Shown one piece after another: positions 9,146 to 19,932 of a stretch of 64,000 nt of DNA. The translations under genes and the position numbers were made by a program. The stretch is taken from contig CAZFND010000002.1 in assembly GCA_964520645.1 (NCBI GenBank), positions 9,424-73,423 of the forward strand. Reading direction: 5' to 3'. The notes beneath the pieces are model-generated. The model was not told the DNA's origin, did not search any database, and worked only from the letters and a program-made list of their open reading frames with translations. The first letter of the stretch is position 1. Each line of letters begins with the position of its first letter. Source of the stretch: an uncultured Candidatus Saccharibacteria bacterium. Its GTDB lineage: Bacteria > Patescibacteriota > Minisyncoccia > Phycocordibacterales > JAKAEA01.

Positions 9146-10335
9146 TCAACTATTATTTTAATAAATCTTCTCTTCCCTATCTTATACACCCCTGACTGAG
9201 TGACGGTTGTCTCTGGTCCGGATATTTTTTCTCCTGTCTCTACGATAGTAATCGCACCCTCTTTCTCAAGACGTCTGAACTCTGATTTTGATTCTATAAT
9301 TCCCTCTTGGAGCAAGATTGCGGCAAGCATCGTGTTACGTGGCACAGTTACTTCCTTTGTGTCTTCTGGGATTCCACCCTTTTTAAATGTGTTAACAAAA
9401 TCTTCTTCTGCTTTCTGTGCTTTGTCGTGTCCGTGATAGATCGTGACAATTTCTCGAGCGAGTCGCATCTTTGCATCTTTAGGATTTGAGCCAGATTCCA
9501 ATTCTGTTTTAATTTTTTCTATATCAAATAGAGAGAGGTCCGTGCAAAGCGTAAAGTATTTAATAATAAGATCATCACGCACTGACATTACTTTGCCGTA
9601 CATATCACTAGGTTCATCAGTAATGTTGATAACATTTCCCCAACTTGTGGACATCTTTCTTCCATCAGTACCCTCGAGCATCTCGGTGGTAATAATGTCT
9701 TGTTCTACCTGACCATAGTGCTTTTGAATAATTCTTCCTGCTTTAAGGTTGAATAATTGATCAAACCCTCCGATTTCTATATCAGCTTTTACCATTACTG
9801 AGTCATAGCCTTGCATAAGTGGATACAAAAACTCTCGGAGCGATACTTCTTCCCCTTTATCAAAACGATCTTTGAAATTGCGGCGGTTGGACATTTGCTG
9901 TACTGAGAACGCTTCTGCCAATTCTGAAATCTCTCGCAATGTTAATTTTGAAAGCCACGTACTATTGTAGACAAATTCTGCTTTATCGACATCAATAATT
10001 TTTCCAATAATATTTTTGTATTCTTTAAGATTTTCTTGGACCTGCGCTTCGGTAAGCATTGGACGCTTATTCAATTTGTCAGATGCATCCCCCACTTGCG
10101 CAGTGAAGTCTCCAACAATCATTACCACCTTATGGCCCAAATCTTGAAATGCTCGCAACTTGCGAAGTGTAATAGCGCGCCCAATATGAATAGTCTTACC
10201 AGTAGGATCAATACCCAACTTAACTCTAAGTGGAACTCCTGCAGCGAGGCGTTTTTCTAAAGACTCTTTTACAAAGACATCTTCTACTCCTCGTGTAAGA
10301 AGCTCATGAATATCTTGTCGTATACTAGGTGTCAT
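9142..10335 (-). CDS. tyrS: tyrosyl-tRNA synthetase (class I, with C-terminal S4-like domain)
   Basis: HIGR (HIGH-like), KMSTS (KMSKS) motifs, GDFTAQVGDASDK signature region, S4-like C-terminus. Confidence 0.7.
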   Translation of the reverse strand: MTPSIRQDIHELLTRGVEDVFVKESLEKRLAAGVPLRVKLGIDPTGKTIHIGRAITLRKLRAFQDLGHKVVMIVGDFTAQVGDASDKLNKRPMLTEAQVQENLKEYKNIIGKIIDVDKAEFVYNSTWLSKLTLREISELAEAFSVQQMSNRRNFKDRFDKGEEVSLREFLYPLMQGYDSVMVKADIEIGGFDQLFNLKAGRIIQKHYGQVEQDIITTEMLEGTDGRKMSTSWGNVINITDEPSDMYGKVMSVRDDLIIKYFTLCTDLSLFDIEKIKTELESGSNPKDAKMRLAREIVTIYHGHDKAQKAEEDFVNTFKKGGIPEDTKEVTVPRNTMLAAILLQEGIIESKSEFRRLEKEGAITIVETGEKISGPETTVTQSGVYKIGKRRFIKIIVE

Positions 10336-10428
10336 TTCATAAAATTATCATATTTTGCTCGTATTGTCCTGCTTTTTATTGATAATCTCGTCTTATGATG
10401 ATACGATTGAAGACACAAACGTTACTCT

Positions 10429-12855
10429 ATGAGCATCAAATTTTGGAAGCAGTTTATTCTTATATTAACCGTATCGTTTTTAATTATTACGGGATGCGTT
10501 GCCCTCTGGGTGACAACGCTGCGTATTCCTGATTTAAGCTCATTTCAAGATAAAGCTCTCGAACAATCCACAAAGATATATGACAGAACAGGACAAATTG
10601 TCCTCTACAATGTGAACCAAAATGTACGCCGCCAAGTAGTACCTTTTGATCAAATTTCTCAAAATGTAAAAAATGCGACAATCGCTATTGAAGATGAGAA
10701 TTTTTATACTCATAAAGGTATTGAGATTACATCAATTATCCGAGCGATTGTCGCTGACTTAAAGACACTCGAATTTAGCCAAGGTGGATCTACTATCACT
10801 CAGCAAGTAATCAAGAATTCCCTACTAACAACTGACAAGAAAATTTCTCGAAAAATAAAGGAATGGGTACTTGCACTCAAACTTGAACGACAAATGAGTA
10901 AAGACGGTATTCTTAATCTTTACCTCAATAGCACATCGTATGGAGGAAGTTATTATGGTGTTGAAGAAGCAAGTCTTCATTTCTTAGGAAAGTCTTCTAA
11001 AGACTTAACTATTGCTGAGGCTGCATATATTGCAGCTCTCCCTCAAGCACCAAGCCTCTATTCTCCGTATGGAAATCATAAAAACCTCTTAGACGACCGC
11101 AAAAATCGCGTTCTCCTTAAGATGAAAGAGCTTAATTATATTACTGAAGCTCAATACAATGCTGCGCGGGCGGAAGTGGTAACATTCAAACCTCTTGATG
11201 ACCATAGTATAAAAGCTCCTCACTTTGTAATGTATGTAAAGGAATATCTTGTCCAAAAGTATGGAGAAGATGTAGTTAACAATGGAGAACTCAAGGTTAT
11301 TACATCCCTTGATTATGATCTTCAAAAACAAGCAGAAGAAATTACACTCAAGTATGCTCTTGAAAACAAGAAGAATTTTAATGCAGAAAATGCGGGAGTT
11401 GTTGCTATCGAACCATCTACTGGACAAATCCTTACAATGGTAGGTTCTCGTGATTATTTTGATACAAAAATTGATGGTAATTTCAACGTAACTCTTGCTC
11501 ACCGACAGCCAGGATCAGCATTCAAGCCTTTTGCCTATGCTACTGCATTTAATAAAGGGTACACTCCTGATACCGTACTCTTCGATGTGCCTACACAATT
11601 CTCCACAACCTGTGATGCACAAGGTAAGCCACTCAATCCAACAGCAGCGACAACAACCTGCTACAGTCCACAAAACTACGACTTAAAATTCCGTGGACCA
11701 ATGAGTCTTCGCAATGCACTTGATCAATCTATCAACATTCCAGCTATCAAAGTCCTCTATCTAGCAGGAATCAAAGATACACTCCAGACAGCAAAAGATA
11801 TGGGTATTACAAGCCTTGGTGATAGCAATCAGTATGGTCTTACACTTGTGCTTGGTGGAGGTGAAGTATCACCTCTTGAAATGACCAGTGCATATTCTGT
11901 TTTTGCAAACAATGGAATGCGCAATCCATATACTCCAATATTAAAAGTGACAGATAAAAATGGCAAAGTGCTCGAGGAATTCACCCCAAATCCAACACAA
12001 GCAATCCCAGAACAAACAGCACTTCTTATCAACGATGTACTTCATGATAATAATGCTCGACTCCCTCTTAATGGCGCTGGCGCTCCTACCGATTTTCCTG
12101 ATAAAGAAATAGCCTTGAAGACCGGTACAACAAATGATTACAAGGATGTGTGGATTGTTGGTTATACTCCCAAAATTGCAGTTGGTGCATGGGCTGGAAA
12201 TAACAACAATAGTCCAATGGTAAAAAAGACATCAGGAACTATCATCGCTCCTCTTTGGCGAGCATTTATGAATAAAGTATTAGAAAAGTATCCCGCAGAA
12301 ACCTTTAAGCGTCCTGATCCTATCGATCCTAATTTAAAACCAATTCTTCGTGGTGTATGGCAAGGAGATCAAGGAAGTGGAGTTCACTCTATTCTCTACT
12401 GGGTTGATAAAGATAATCCAAAGGGCCCTCCTCCAGCAAATCCTCAGCAAGATCCACAATTTACACTCTGGGAAACACCTATCCAAGCATGGGTAGTAAA
12501 TAATGGTGGAAATGTTCCTTCTCCAATAGAAAATGTATCAACACCTCCACAAACAACAATCATCTCCAATGATCCCAATCCTCATGTAACTATTACTAAT
12601 CCTATTCCAAACGGAGTATATTCACTTAATATTCCCATCATTGTTTCTATTCAGCACACAAATAAATTTCCTATCACAAAAGCCGAGTTGTATATAAATG
12701 GAAAACTTATATCTGTATCAGTAAAAGATCCATATAGTTTTACCTTTATCCCCCGAGAAATCCCCAGAATACGAGAATCAAATACTCTTAAAGTTGTTGT
12801 CTACGATAGTAATAATTCAAAAACAGAAAGCTCGGTAATATTTAGAGCTATCTAA
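10429..12855 (+). CDS. bifunctional class A penicillin-binding protein (transglycosylase + transpeptidase, PBP1A family)
   Basis: N-terminal TM, GT51 motif QGGSTITQQVIKN, transpeptidase SAFKPF (SxxK) and KTGTT motifs. Confidence 0.85.
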   Translation: MSIKFWKQFILILTVSFLIITGCVALWVTTLRIPDLSSFQDKALEQSTKIYDRTGQIVLYNVNQNVRRQVVPFDQISQNVKNATIAIEDENFYTHKGIEITSIIRAIVADLKTLEFSQGGSTITQQVIKNSLLTTDKKISRKIKEWVLALKLERQMSKDGILNLYLNSTSYGGSYYGVEEASLHFLGKSSKDLTIAEAAYIAALPQAPSLYSPYGNHKNLLDDRKNRVLLKMKELNYITEAQYNAARAEVVTFKPLDDHSIKAPHFVMYVKEYLVQKYGEDVVNNGELKVITSLDYDLQKQAEEITLKYALENKKNFNAENAGVVAIEPSTGQILTMVGSRDYFDTKIDGNFNVTLAHRQPGSAFKPFAYATAFNKGYTPDTVLFDVPTQFSTTCDAQGKPLNPTAATTTCYSPQNYDLKFRGPMSLRNALDQSINIPAIKVLYLAGIKDTLQTAKDMGITSLGDSNQYGLTLVLGGGEVSPLEMTSAYSVFANNGMRNPYTPILKVTDKNGKVLEEFTPNPTQAIPEQTALLINDVLHDNNARLPLNGAGAPTDFPDKEIALKTGTTNDYKDVWIVGYTPKIAVGAWAGNNNNSPMVKKTSGTIIAPLWRAFMNKVLEKYPAETFKRPDPIDPNLKPILRGVWQGDQGSGVHSILYWVDKDNPKGPPPANPQQDPQFTLWETPIQAWVVNNGGNVPSPIENVSTPPQTTIISNDPNPHVTITNPIPNGVYSLNIPIIVSIQHTNKFPITKAELYINGKLISVSVKDPYSFTFIPREIPRIRESNTLKVVVYDSNNSKTESSVIFRAI

Positions 12856-13105
12856 TAGCGTGAGGCGCTTTCTTACCCAAAAGATCTTGTAACTCTTTTA
12901 AAATAAGATCTTTTTTCATAAAAATCTCATTCTTAATAAGTGGGTGTGTTTTGAGGTATATACTTCCCTCTTTTACATCTATATCTTTCTCAGATAATTC
13001 TATTGATGTAATTTTTAATATTGCATTAAGAACAGGTTTTTTGAGAGCACCTGGTGTGGCTAATATAAGTTTAAACTTTTCTAAATATGAACCAAGGTTA
13101 TTCAC
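12848..13105 (-). CDS. small DUF721-like protein downstream of dnaN (possible DciA-family)
   Basis: 85 aa, position in dnaA-dnaN operon; weak family-level resemblance only. Confidence 0.3.
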   Translation of the reverse strand: MNNLGSYLEKFKLILATPGALKKPVLNAILKITSIELSEKDIDVKEGSIYLKTHPLIKNEIFMKKDLILKELQDLLGKKAPHAIR

Positions 13106-13108
13106 GTT

Positions 13109-14209
13109 TTATTTGTTTATAGGCATCACGAGATACATAAATGACTTATCATTCACTCCCCTCATAACCAATGGACGGGTGAGGCCATTAAACTCCAATG
13201 AGACGCTGTCAGACTCAATCGACTGTAAACAATCTATGATGTATTTGTAATTAAAGTTGATATCAATATCTTCTCCTTCATATACAGCCTCGAGAGCATT
13301 GGTATTTTCACCAACATCTGCATTTTTTGTCGCTAACTCAAAACTTTTTTCACTTGGGTGAGCTTTTATTGTGAGTTTATTAAACTTATCTGAGAAAATA
13401 GTAGCGATTTTGAACGCATTAGCTAAATCTTGCTTCAAAACAACAATATTGGTTTTGTAATCTTTTGGAATGATTTGTTTGTAATCCGGAAATACTCCAT
13501 CCACTATTCGAGATGTAAGATAAATACCATTGTAGGTAAATGAAATTTGGTTTTTTGTTAGAACAACATCAATATCCCCTTCTGCTGCATCTAAGATTCT
13601 TAGAATATCAGGAACATTTTTTACTGGAATAAGAAGAGAAGTGATATCTTTTGCTCCTTTAGACTTTACTCGCTTCTCTGCAAGACGGAATGAGTCTGTA
13701 GCAACAAAGAGTAGTCCTTCATCATCTGAGTAAATATAAATACTTGAAAGCTCTGGCTTCATACTTGATGTCGCCGAGCTATACCACACAGCTTTAATCC
13801 CCTTCACAAACTCTTTCGCATTGAGTTTAAATGATTTTTCATGTTCAAGAATTGGAATAGTTGGAAAATCTTCAAAGTTAATAGATTTAATAACTGTTGT
13901 ATTGGTGTCAGTAATAATTTTTAAATTATTATCCACAACTTCGAGCGTAATATTTTTTGAGCCAACTATATGAGACACGAAATTATTTACGATAGCTCCT
14001 GGAACGGCAATTCTGCCCTCCTGTTCAACTTTAACAGGTATAACGATCTCTATACCCAAATCAAGATTAGTCGCTCGAATTATGAGATCGTGGCCCTTCG
14101 CTTCAAATAAAATACAACTCAATACTGGTAGAGTAAGATTTTTGCCAGTAATTTTTTCTGCCTTACTTATTGCTTCTGCCAACCGTTCTTTCAGACATTC
14201 TATCTTCAT
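13109..14209 (-). CDS. dnaN: DNA polymerase III beta sliding clamp
   Basis: 366 aa, three-domain clamp pattern, directly downstream of dnaA. Confidence 0.85.
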   Translation of the reverse strand: MKIECLKERLAEAISKAEKITGKNLTLPVLSCILFEAKGHDLIIRATNLDLGIEIVIPVKVEQEGRIAVPGAIVNNFVSHIVGSKNITLEVVDNNLKIITDTNTTVIKSINFEDFPTIPILEHEKSFKLNAKEFVKGIKAVWYSSATSSMKPELSSIYIYSDDEGLLFVATDSFRLAEKRVKSKGAKDITSLLIPVKNVPDILRILDAAEGDIDVVLTKNQISFTYNGIYLTSRIVDGVFPDYKQIIPKDYKTNIVVLKQDLANAFKIATIFSDKFNKLTIKAHPSEKSFELATKNADVGENTNALEAVYEGEDIDINFNYKYIIDCLQSIESDSVSLEFNGLTRPLVMRGVNDKSFMYLVMPINK

Positions 14210-14457
14210 ATTCTTAATATATTATATATAAATACTATTACTACTATTATCACTGTGGATATGTGTATAACTTTATTATGTGGCTGTAAATATAACTTCT
14301 GTGACTAATATTTTTTAAGTATCTTGGGTATAAGTTTTTTTAAGTGTGGGTAGTTTTGTGAATAGTAATTTTTATCCCCATTTTGTTCTTTCTTTTCCCA
14401 CATGTTATATCCTCAGTATCCACATGTTTATCCCCAAACTTATCAACAGATTATTCA
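14210..14457. promoter_or_regulatory. candidate oriC: DnaA-box cluster and AT-rich unwinding stretch in dnaA-dnaN spacer
   Basis: At least 7 matches (7-9/9) to TTATCCACA/TGTGGATAA, e.g. TGTGGATAT 14255-14263, TTATCCCCA 14372-14380 and 14428-14436, TATCCACA 14418-14425, TTATCAACA 14442-14450; AT-only run 14215-14250. Confidence 0.6.
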
Positions 14458-15822
14458 CTATAAGAACATCGACCTGATCTGCTTTATCTCCTGTGCAAGA
14501 AGATGATTGGTTTTCATTTCACTTTTAATCTTCTCACATGAGTGAATAACGGTAGTATGGTCTCGCCCACCCAGCTTCTGCCCTATTGAAGGATATGACA
14601 CATCGAATTCTTCTCGAAGAATATACATAATGAGTTGACGTGGCTTTACGATTTCCTTTCGGCGGGTTTTTTCGTATATACTTGCCTCGTCTATATTATA
14701 GAAATCAGCGATTGTTTTAATAACATCCTTTACTGAAACTGCCTTTTTAGGTTTTGAGTTGTTTTTTATAAGGTTCTTTATCTCCCCTACATTGAGTTCC
14801 TTACCTTTTATCTGAGATTGCATGATGACAGAGTTCAATACTCCTTCGAGTTCTCGAATATTTCCATCTATCGTTGAAGCAATATACTCAACGACATCAG
14901 GAGAAATGTCGAAATTTTGCATTTTTGCTTTAGCTCGCAATATTGCTGCACGTGATTCTTGATCAGGATGTGGAATATCTATGATCATTCCTGCTCCGAA
15001 GCGTGATTTGAGGCGCTCTTCTAGATGCGGAATGTAATTTGGGTGTTTATCAGATGAAAACACAATCTGCTTATTATCATCATAGAGATTGTTAAATAGA
15101 TGGAAGAGTTCTTCTTGAGTTTTCTCTTTACTTGATAGGAACTGAATATCATCCATGATTAATACATCGTACTTTCGGTACTTCTCCTTAAATGTATTCA
15201 TTTTGTTATTTTGGACTGAGTTTATGTAGTCGAGTGCAAAGCGTTCTGATGTAAGGTAGAAGATCTTACGTGATGTTGTTGTTTTGAGATTGTTTCCGAG
15301 AGCTTGAATAAGGTGTGTCTTTCCTCTTCCTGTGTCTCCATAGATGAAAAGAGGGTTGTACGTAATGCCTGGTTTCTTAATAACAGCTTGAGACGCAGCA
15401 TATGCAAGCTCGTTAAAAGGGCCAACTACAAAGGAATCAAAGGTGTAGCGAGGATTTAAGTTATCTTCTTTGTTGATATAGAAGTCATTAAGTGGAAGTT
15501 CGCTTGTTGGGTTGATGGGAAGTTGTTTGGTGTGTTCCTGAGGAGGTTTCTTACCTTCATCTTTAGAGACGATGTATTCAAGGCCACGGATGTCAGCCAT
15601 ATTTCGCAAACACTTGATGATGAACTTGTGGAATTTATTTGATAGCCAGTCTTTAACAAAAACATTTGGAACACTGAGATGTACTATCCCCTCATCTATC
15701 TTAGTGATGTAGGTGTTTTTAAACCACATGTTGAAATTTGCTTTCGAAACATTAAGCTCAATTTCAACAAGCGCATTCTCCCAAAGTTTTTTTGTATCAA
15801 TCATAAGTGGTTGGGGAAACAT
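14458..15822 (-). CDS. dnaA: chromosomal replication initiator DnaA
   Basis: AAA+ Walker [17 protein letters not shown] Walker B, C-terminal DNA-binding helix-turn-helix region. Confidence 0.9.
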   Translation of the reverse strand: MFPQPLMIDTKKLWENALVEIELNVSKANFNMWFKNTYITKIDEGIVHLSVPNVFVKDWLSNKFHKFIIKCLRNMADIRGLEYIVSKDEGKKPPQEHTKQLPINPTSELPLNDFYINKEDNLNPRYTFDSFVVGPFNELAYAASQAVIKKPGITYNPLFIYGDTGRGKTHLIQALGNNLKTTTSRKIFYLTSERFALDYINSVQNNKMNTFKEKYRKYDVLIMDDIQFLSSKEKTQEELFHLFNNLYDDNKQIVFSSDKHPNYIPHLEERLKSRFGAGMIIDIPHPDQESRAAILRAKAKMQNFDISPDVVEYIASTIDGNIRELEGVLNSVIMQSQIKGKELNVGEIKNLIKNNSKPKKAVSVKDVIKTIADFYNIDEASIYEKTRRKEIVKPRQLIMYILREEFDVSYPSIGQKLGGRDHTTVIHSCEKIKSEMKTNHLLAQEIKQIRSMFL

Positions 15823-15970
15823 TTTTAGTATGTTTATTATATATGCTATTTTTTTTTGTAAAACTTGTGGAGGTGGTAGAAGTATGTTAATAACATGTGT
15901 ACAACTGTGGATAAATAAAAAAACACAGACAATTATTTACTTTTTAAGCTTTTTAGCATATACTCATCAC

Positions 15971-16105
15971 ATGTCTAGAACATACAATCCTAAAAAAGGA
16001 AAGCGAGTAAAAACTCATGGTTTCTTAGCTCGACAATCTACCCCTGGTGGAAAGAACACTATAAAGCGCCGACGCGCAAAGGGACGCAAGAAGCTTACTG
16101 TCTAA
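15971..16105 (+). CDS. rpmH: 50S ribosomal protein L34
   Basis: [44 protein letters not shown]; start set at internal ATG 15971. Confidence 0.9.
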   Translation: MSRTYNPKKGKRVKTHGFLARQSTPGGKNTIKRRRAKGRKKLTV

Positions 16106-16115
16106 ACCCGGGTTT

Positions 16116-16454
16116 ATGTTACCGCGGATACGAAGAGTACCCAAAAAACTATTTCAACAGGTAGTAGAACATGGTAAAAGTTACCATTCTACCTATATTT
16201 CTCTGCGTATTATTAAAAATCCGGTGGAAGAACCGAGCAGATTTGCCTTTTCTATTCCCAAGAAGCTTGATAAACGGGCCACTCGACGCAATTACCTTCG
16301 ACGAAAAGGGCTCTCACTTCTTACTCCACATCTTTCTACCTTCCCCACTGGTTTTGTGGGTGTATTCTTTGCAAAGCCTGGGCTTAATACTATTTCTACC
16401 ATTGAATACGGCCAAGAAATAGCTTTTCTTATAGAAAAAGTTTCTCAACTATAA
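16116..16454 (+). CDS. rnpA: RNase P protein component
   Basis: Basic ~110 aa protein directly after rpmH with RnpA pattern. Confidence 0.8.
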   Translation: MLPRIRRVPKKLFQQVVEHGKSYHSTYISLRIIKNPVEEPSRFAFSIPKKLDKRATRRNYLRRKGLSLLTPHLSTFPTGFVGVFFAKPGLNTISTIEYGQEIAFLIEKVSQL

Positions 16455-16480
16455 AGGAATGTAGTATAGTAATTACCATT

Positions 16481-17194
16481 ATGACACACGGATTTTTTGC
16501 CACATTATTTTATATACCTATCTATAACGTTCTTATTTTTGTTATTAATTCTATTCCCGGCCATAGTGCAGGAATCGCTGTTATTGCTGTGACGGTTATT
16601 ATTCGTCTTGTGCTCTACCCCCTTTCTCGAAAATCTATCAAAACACAGCTTCAGATGCGTCAGATTGAGCCGGAAGTTCAAAAAATTAAGGAAAAGGTAA
16701 AAGATCGCCAAGAACAAGCTCGTCAGCTCATGCAGCTTTATAAAGATAAAGATGTAAATCCATTTGCAGGATTATTCCTTATCCTCATTCAGTTCCCTAT
16801 TCTTATTGGACTCTATCGAGTTTTTATTAGTGGTTTGCCAAAGATCGATGCAACACTCCTCTATTCATTCGTTCATATGCCAGCATCTGTAGGAATGACC
16901 TTTCTTGGCATCAATTTAATGCAGAAGAGTATTATTGTCGCTATTCTTACGGTTATCACTCAATTTATTCAGCTCAATCTTGCGCTTCCTTCTGTTAAAA
17001 AAGGAGACGATGCTTCATTTAAAGGTGATCTTGCGTATAGTATGAATATGCAGATGAAGTACATCTTCCCACTCATTATCTTCCCTATTGCTTATATTTC
17101 TGCCGTTATTGGTCTTTACCTTCTTACAAGTAATATCTTTATGATCTTCCAAGAACTCTACGTACGGAAGACACTTAAGAAGCACTATAAATAA
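16481..17194 (+). CDS. yidC: membrane protein insertase YidC (short form)
   Basis: 237 aa multi-TM protein with YidC/Oxa1 core; rpmH-rnpA-yidC synteny. Confidence 0.8.
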   Translation: MTHGFFATLFYIPIYNVLIFVINSIPGHSAGIAVIAVTVIIRLVLYPLSRKSIKTQLQMRQIEPEVQKIKEKVKDRQEQARQLMQLYKDKDVNPFAGLFLILIQFPILIGLYRVFISGLPKIDATLLYSFVHMPASVGMTFLGINLMQKSIIVAILTVITQFIQLNLALPSVKKGDDASFKGDLAYSMNMQMKYIFPLIIFPIAYISAVIGLYLLTSNIFMIFQELYVRKTLKKHYK

Positions 17195-18436
17195 TTATCG
17201 AGTAGTTGTAGCTGTTGAAGTACTAAGTTTGTAGCTCCACAACGTTGAATCTTTTTTGTTGGTAAAAAGGAGATAATTTTCACTATCACTAAGTATTGGG
17301 TTTATTACATCTATACTCTGCTTGTATGCACCAGTAAGGCTTACAATAAGTTGTCCTAGTCCTGTTACGGCGTTTATTTTATAAATGTCATCAGTAAATG
17401 AGACTCTTCCCTGGTACCAGTTGTTAGGATATGTTCCTTCGGGAATAGATGTTGGAATTCCGCAGTAAATAATATTCTTTTCTTTTGTAGACCATACACA
17501 CTTTTCGCTCAAGGTGTTCACAAAAGCTCCCTGAGAAGATCCGGTTTTTATAGTATAGAAATAAAGTCGTGCTGTATCATTTGAATATGCAACTGTAGAG
17601 AGTGAGGGGTTTGCTAGTGTTGTAAGACCAGGAACTCCACCTAGTACTTTTTTAACTGTACCGCTCGTAGAAAGGAAATACATACTTCCTGGTACACCTG
17701 ATGCAGCCTTAGATGTAAGTGCAATTGTATTATCTGACGGCCATGAGGCAAGCCACTCTCCTACAGGAGAACTCCATATTTGAGAAGAAGCTCCCTTTGC
17801 AGAAATAAGTATCCCTCGCGCTCCCCCACTAGTAGTGGTTATATAAAACATCTGTGTCTTTTGAGGAGAAATAGCAAGATTATCAATATTTGTTGACATC
17901 AATGTGCCTTTCAATTCGTTTTTAATAGTTGTGTCTGGAGATGAGCTACTTGTTTTTACTAATTGTGCGTTTAATGTATTAATTACCTCATTATCTGACA
18001 CATATCGTAATACGGTGGTGCTTCCATTATTCATCCAGTATGATTCTTGAATTTTTGGAATTGTAGTATTTGAAATTTTTGTCATTACACCAGTCACTAG
18101 ATCTACATCAAAAATATGACTTGAAGCAAGATCTGCATAGCGTGCTTTAGTTGATGTTTTTGTTTCAAGAACGATACCGTTGCCTGCTGGTTCGGTAGAG
18201 AGATGCATAAGTGCATCTACGGGGATTCTTAGTGTTGTATCTCCACGTACTCCCCCATTATTTTGCCCTGTACCACCATTATTTGTAGCATTACCAGAAC
18301 TACCAAATGGTAAATCGGTATTTGCTTGGTCTAGTGGTGTCTTTGTTGTTGTCTTTTTAAAAAATAAAATATACACAGATACACCGACTGCTAGTACAAA
18401 GAATATGAGACTGATAATAAGTATTTTTTTGAGCAT
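17195..18436 (-). CDS. membrane-anchored beta-rich protein (last gene of T4SS-like operon), function unknown
   Basis: N-terminal TM helix, Gly/Asn-rich linker, S/T-rich beta-rich ectodomain. Confidence 0.4.
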   Translation of the reverse strand: MLKKILIISLIFFVLAVGVSVYILFFKKTTTKTPLDQANTDLPFGSSGNATNNGGTGQNNGGVRGDTTLRIPVDALMHLSTEPAGNGIVLETKTSTKARYADLASSHIFDVDLVTGVMTKISNTTIPKIQESYWMNNGSTTVLRYVSDNEVINTLNAQLVKTSSSSPDTTIKNELKGTLMSTNIDNLAISPQKTQMFYITTTSGGARGILISAKGASSQIWSSPVGEWLASWPSDNTIALTSKAASGVPGSMYFLSTSGTVKKVLGGVPGLTTLANPSLSTVAYSNDTARLYFYTIKTGSSQGAFVNTLSEKCVWSTKEKNIIYCGIPTSIPEGTYPNNWYQGRVSFTDDIYKINAVTGLGQLIVSLTGAYKQSIDVINPILSDSENYLLFTNKKDSTLWSYKLSTSTATTTR

Positions 18437-18440
18437 ATAT

Positions 18441-18857
18441 TTAGAGTTTGATATTGAGTAAGTCGGGTATTCTTGTTAAATCTGGATTAATTGTAGTTAA
18501 GAGTAGATATGAAATAGCGATAAGGAGCATTCCCCACAATGTACGCTGAATAATTGTCTTCCCCTCCAGTTTATTAGAGTATGCATCAGTAGACATATAA
18601 AGAAGCCCGCCATAAATAATAACAACAACAGCAAGTATTGATGTGATACCGATAGCAATAAAGAACATTGCTCGGATATATCCTGGCAAATCTGTAGGAA
18701 CAGGATTGCCCGTATTGTCTTTTATTGGTGCCAAAGGAACGTATGTTGTGTTATCTAATGCTGTTTGTGCCTGAGCAGTTCCAATAAGAATAGTATTAAA
18801 CAAGACTAAGCTGAGCAGTGCTACCATTCCCCATTTTTTTGAGATAGATGTCATCAT
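18441..18857 (-). CDS. VirB2/TrbC-like pilin candidate
   Basis: 138 aa: signal peptide (…GTAQA-QT) then two hydrophobic helices separated by a short polar loop, the architecture of T4SS pilins; found within VirB4 operon. Confidence 0.35.
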   Translation of the reverse strand: MMTSISKKWGMVALLSLVLFNTILIGTAQAQTALDNTTYVPLAPIKDNTGNPVPTDLPGYIRAMFFIAIGITSILAVVVIIYGGLLYMSTDAYSNKLEGKTIIQRTLWGMLLIAISYLLLTTINPDLTRIPDLLNIKL

Positions 18858-19888
18858 TGTGCCTTAAAATTCATTGTTACCCCGCTTCCTGCATACTGAA
18901 GCAATCCTGTTGGAGATTTTATAGAAACACTTACGTTTGATGCCCCACTTGTTCCTTGAGGAGGACGAAGAGTAATCATGTTTGTGCTATTTACTTGAGA
19001 TACAGGACTGCCGTTAATTGACCAGCTGTAATTGAGAAGTGTACCATCGTGAGCTGTTGGTGTACTAAAGTAGTATGGTGCAGCTTTTACTCTAATTTCA
19101 GCGTTCTTCAAATCATATGATGATCCCAATGCTTGATTGTAGCGTGTACCATAAAGTGGATTGTCTTCGTACATAAGGACTACAGGAGCTTGAGGGTTAA
19201 TACTTACACGTCCAATACCTGAGAAACTTACAGCAGAATCTGCTGATGTTACTTTTACAGAAATGTTAAGTGGTCGTAGGATAATAGATCCTTGAAGGCG
19301 AATACTGTCTTTGCCATATCCAGAAGCTGAACCAATAACACCGCTATCAGTTTCCCAGGTGTACACAAGCGTTTTGGGATCTGCCATTACTCCATTGACT
19401 ACATAATTTGGGAGAGCTGCTACGGTGATTTCTCCTTGGTATGGGAAAAGTCCCTTCCCTTTATAAAATGGTGGTGTATATGTATGTGCATCCCACACTA
19501 GATCTACTTCAGCGGGAGAAATAGTGATAGTTTTAATGATTGGAAGTCCAGAAGATGTAATAATTGCTGCCGCAACTTCCTTTGTTGTTCCATTTGCTCC
19601 CGCTTGTACTACTACTGAGGTAAGTCCCTTCCCCGAGTTGATCTTAGTACCATTTATAGACCATATAATTGTCGTGGTATTTAGATCAATAGAAAAACTT
19701 TTAATACTAACTGTTGTATTTTGATTTGGTTTAGGAAATTCAGGATTTATTTGAATAGTAACTGGATCATTACCCGGCAATACTTGTGCCTGGGTACTTG
19801 GAGCAACAACAAATAAGGATAGAGCTATGAAAATTCCTATGACAAACGTGGTTTTGATGTTCATGGGAAGAATAATTGTTCTATACAT
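18854..19888 (-). CDS. secreted beta-rich protein, unknown function (T4SS-like operon)
   Basis: Signal peptide …APSTQA-QV; Ig-like/beta-sandwich composition. Confidence 0.4.
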   Translation of the reverse strand: MYRTIILPMNIKTTFVIGIFIALSLFVVAPSTQAQVLPGNDPVTIQINPEFPKPNQNTTVSIKSFSIDLNTTTIIWSINGTKINSGKGLTSVVVQAGANGTTKEVAAAIITSSGLPIIKTITISPAEVDLVWDAHTYTPPFYKGKGLFPYQGEITVAALPNYVVNGVMADPKTLVYTWETDSGVIGSASGYGKDSIRLQGSIILRPLNISVKVTSADSAVSFSGIGRVSINPQAPVVLMYEDNPLYGTRYNQALGSSYDLKNAEIRVKAAPYYFSTPTAHDGTLLNYSWSINGSPVSQVNSTNMITLRPPQGTSGASNVSVSIKSPTGLLQYAGSGVTMNFKAQ

Positions 19889-19932
19889 TATACTATACCT
19901 TCTATCTATAGCACTGTGTATTACGTATTACC

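Noticed and set aside
13174-13186. 13-nt match (GGACGGGTGAGGC) to the repeat box inside dnaN
   Set aside because: No adjacent hairpin and within a conserved coding region; could be chance
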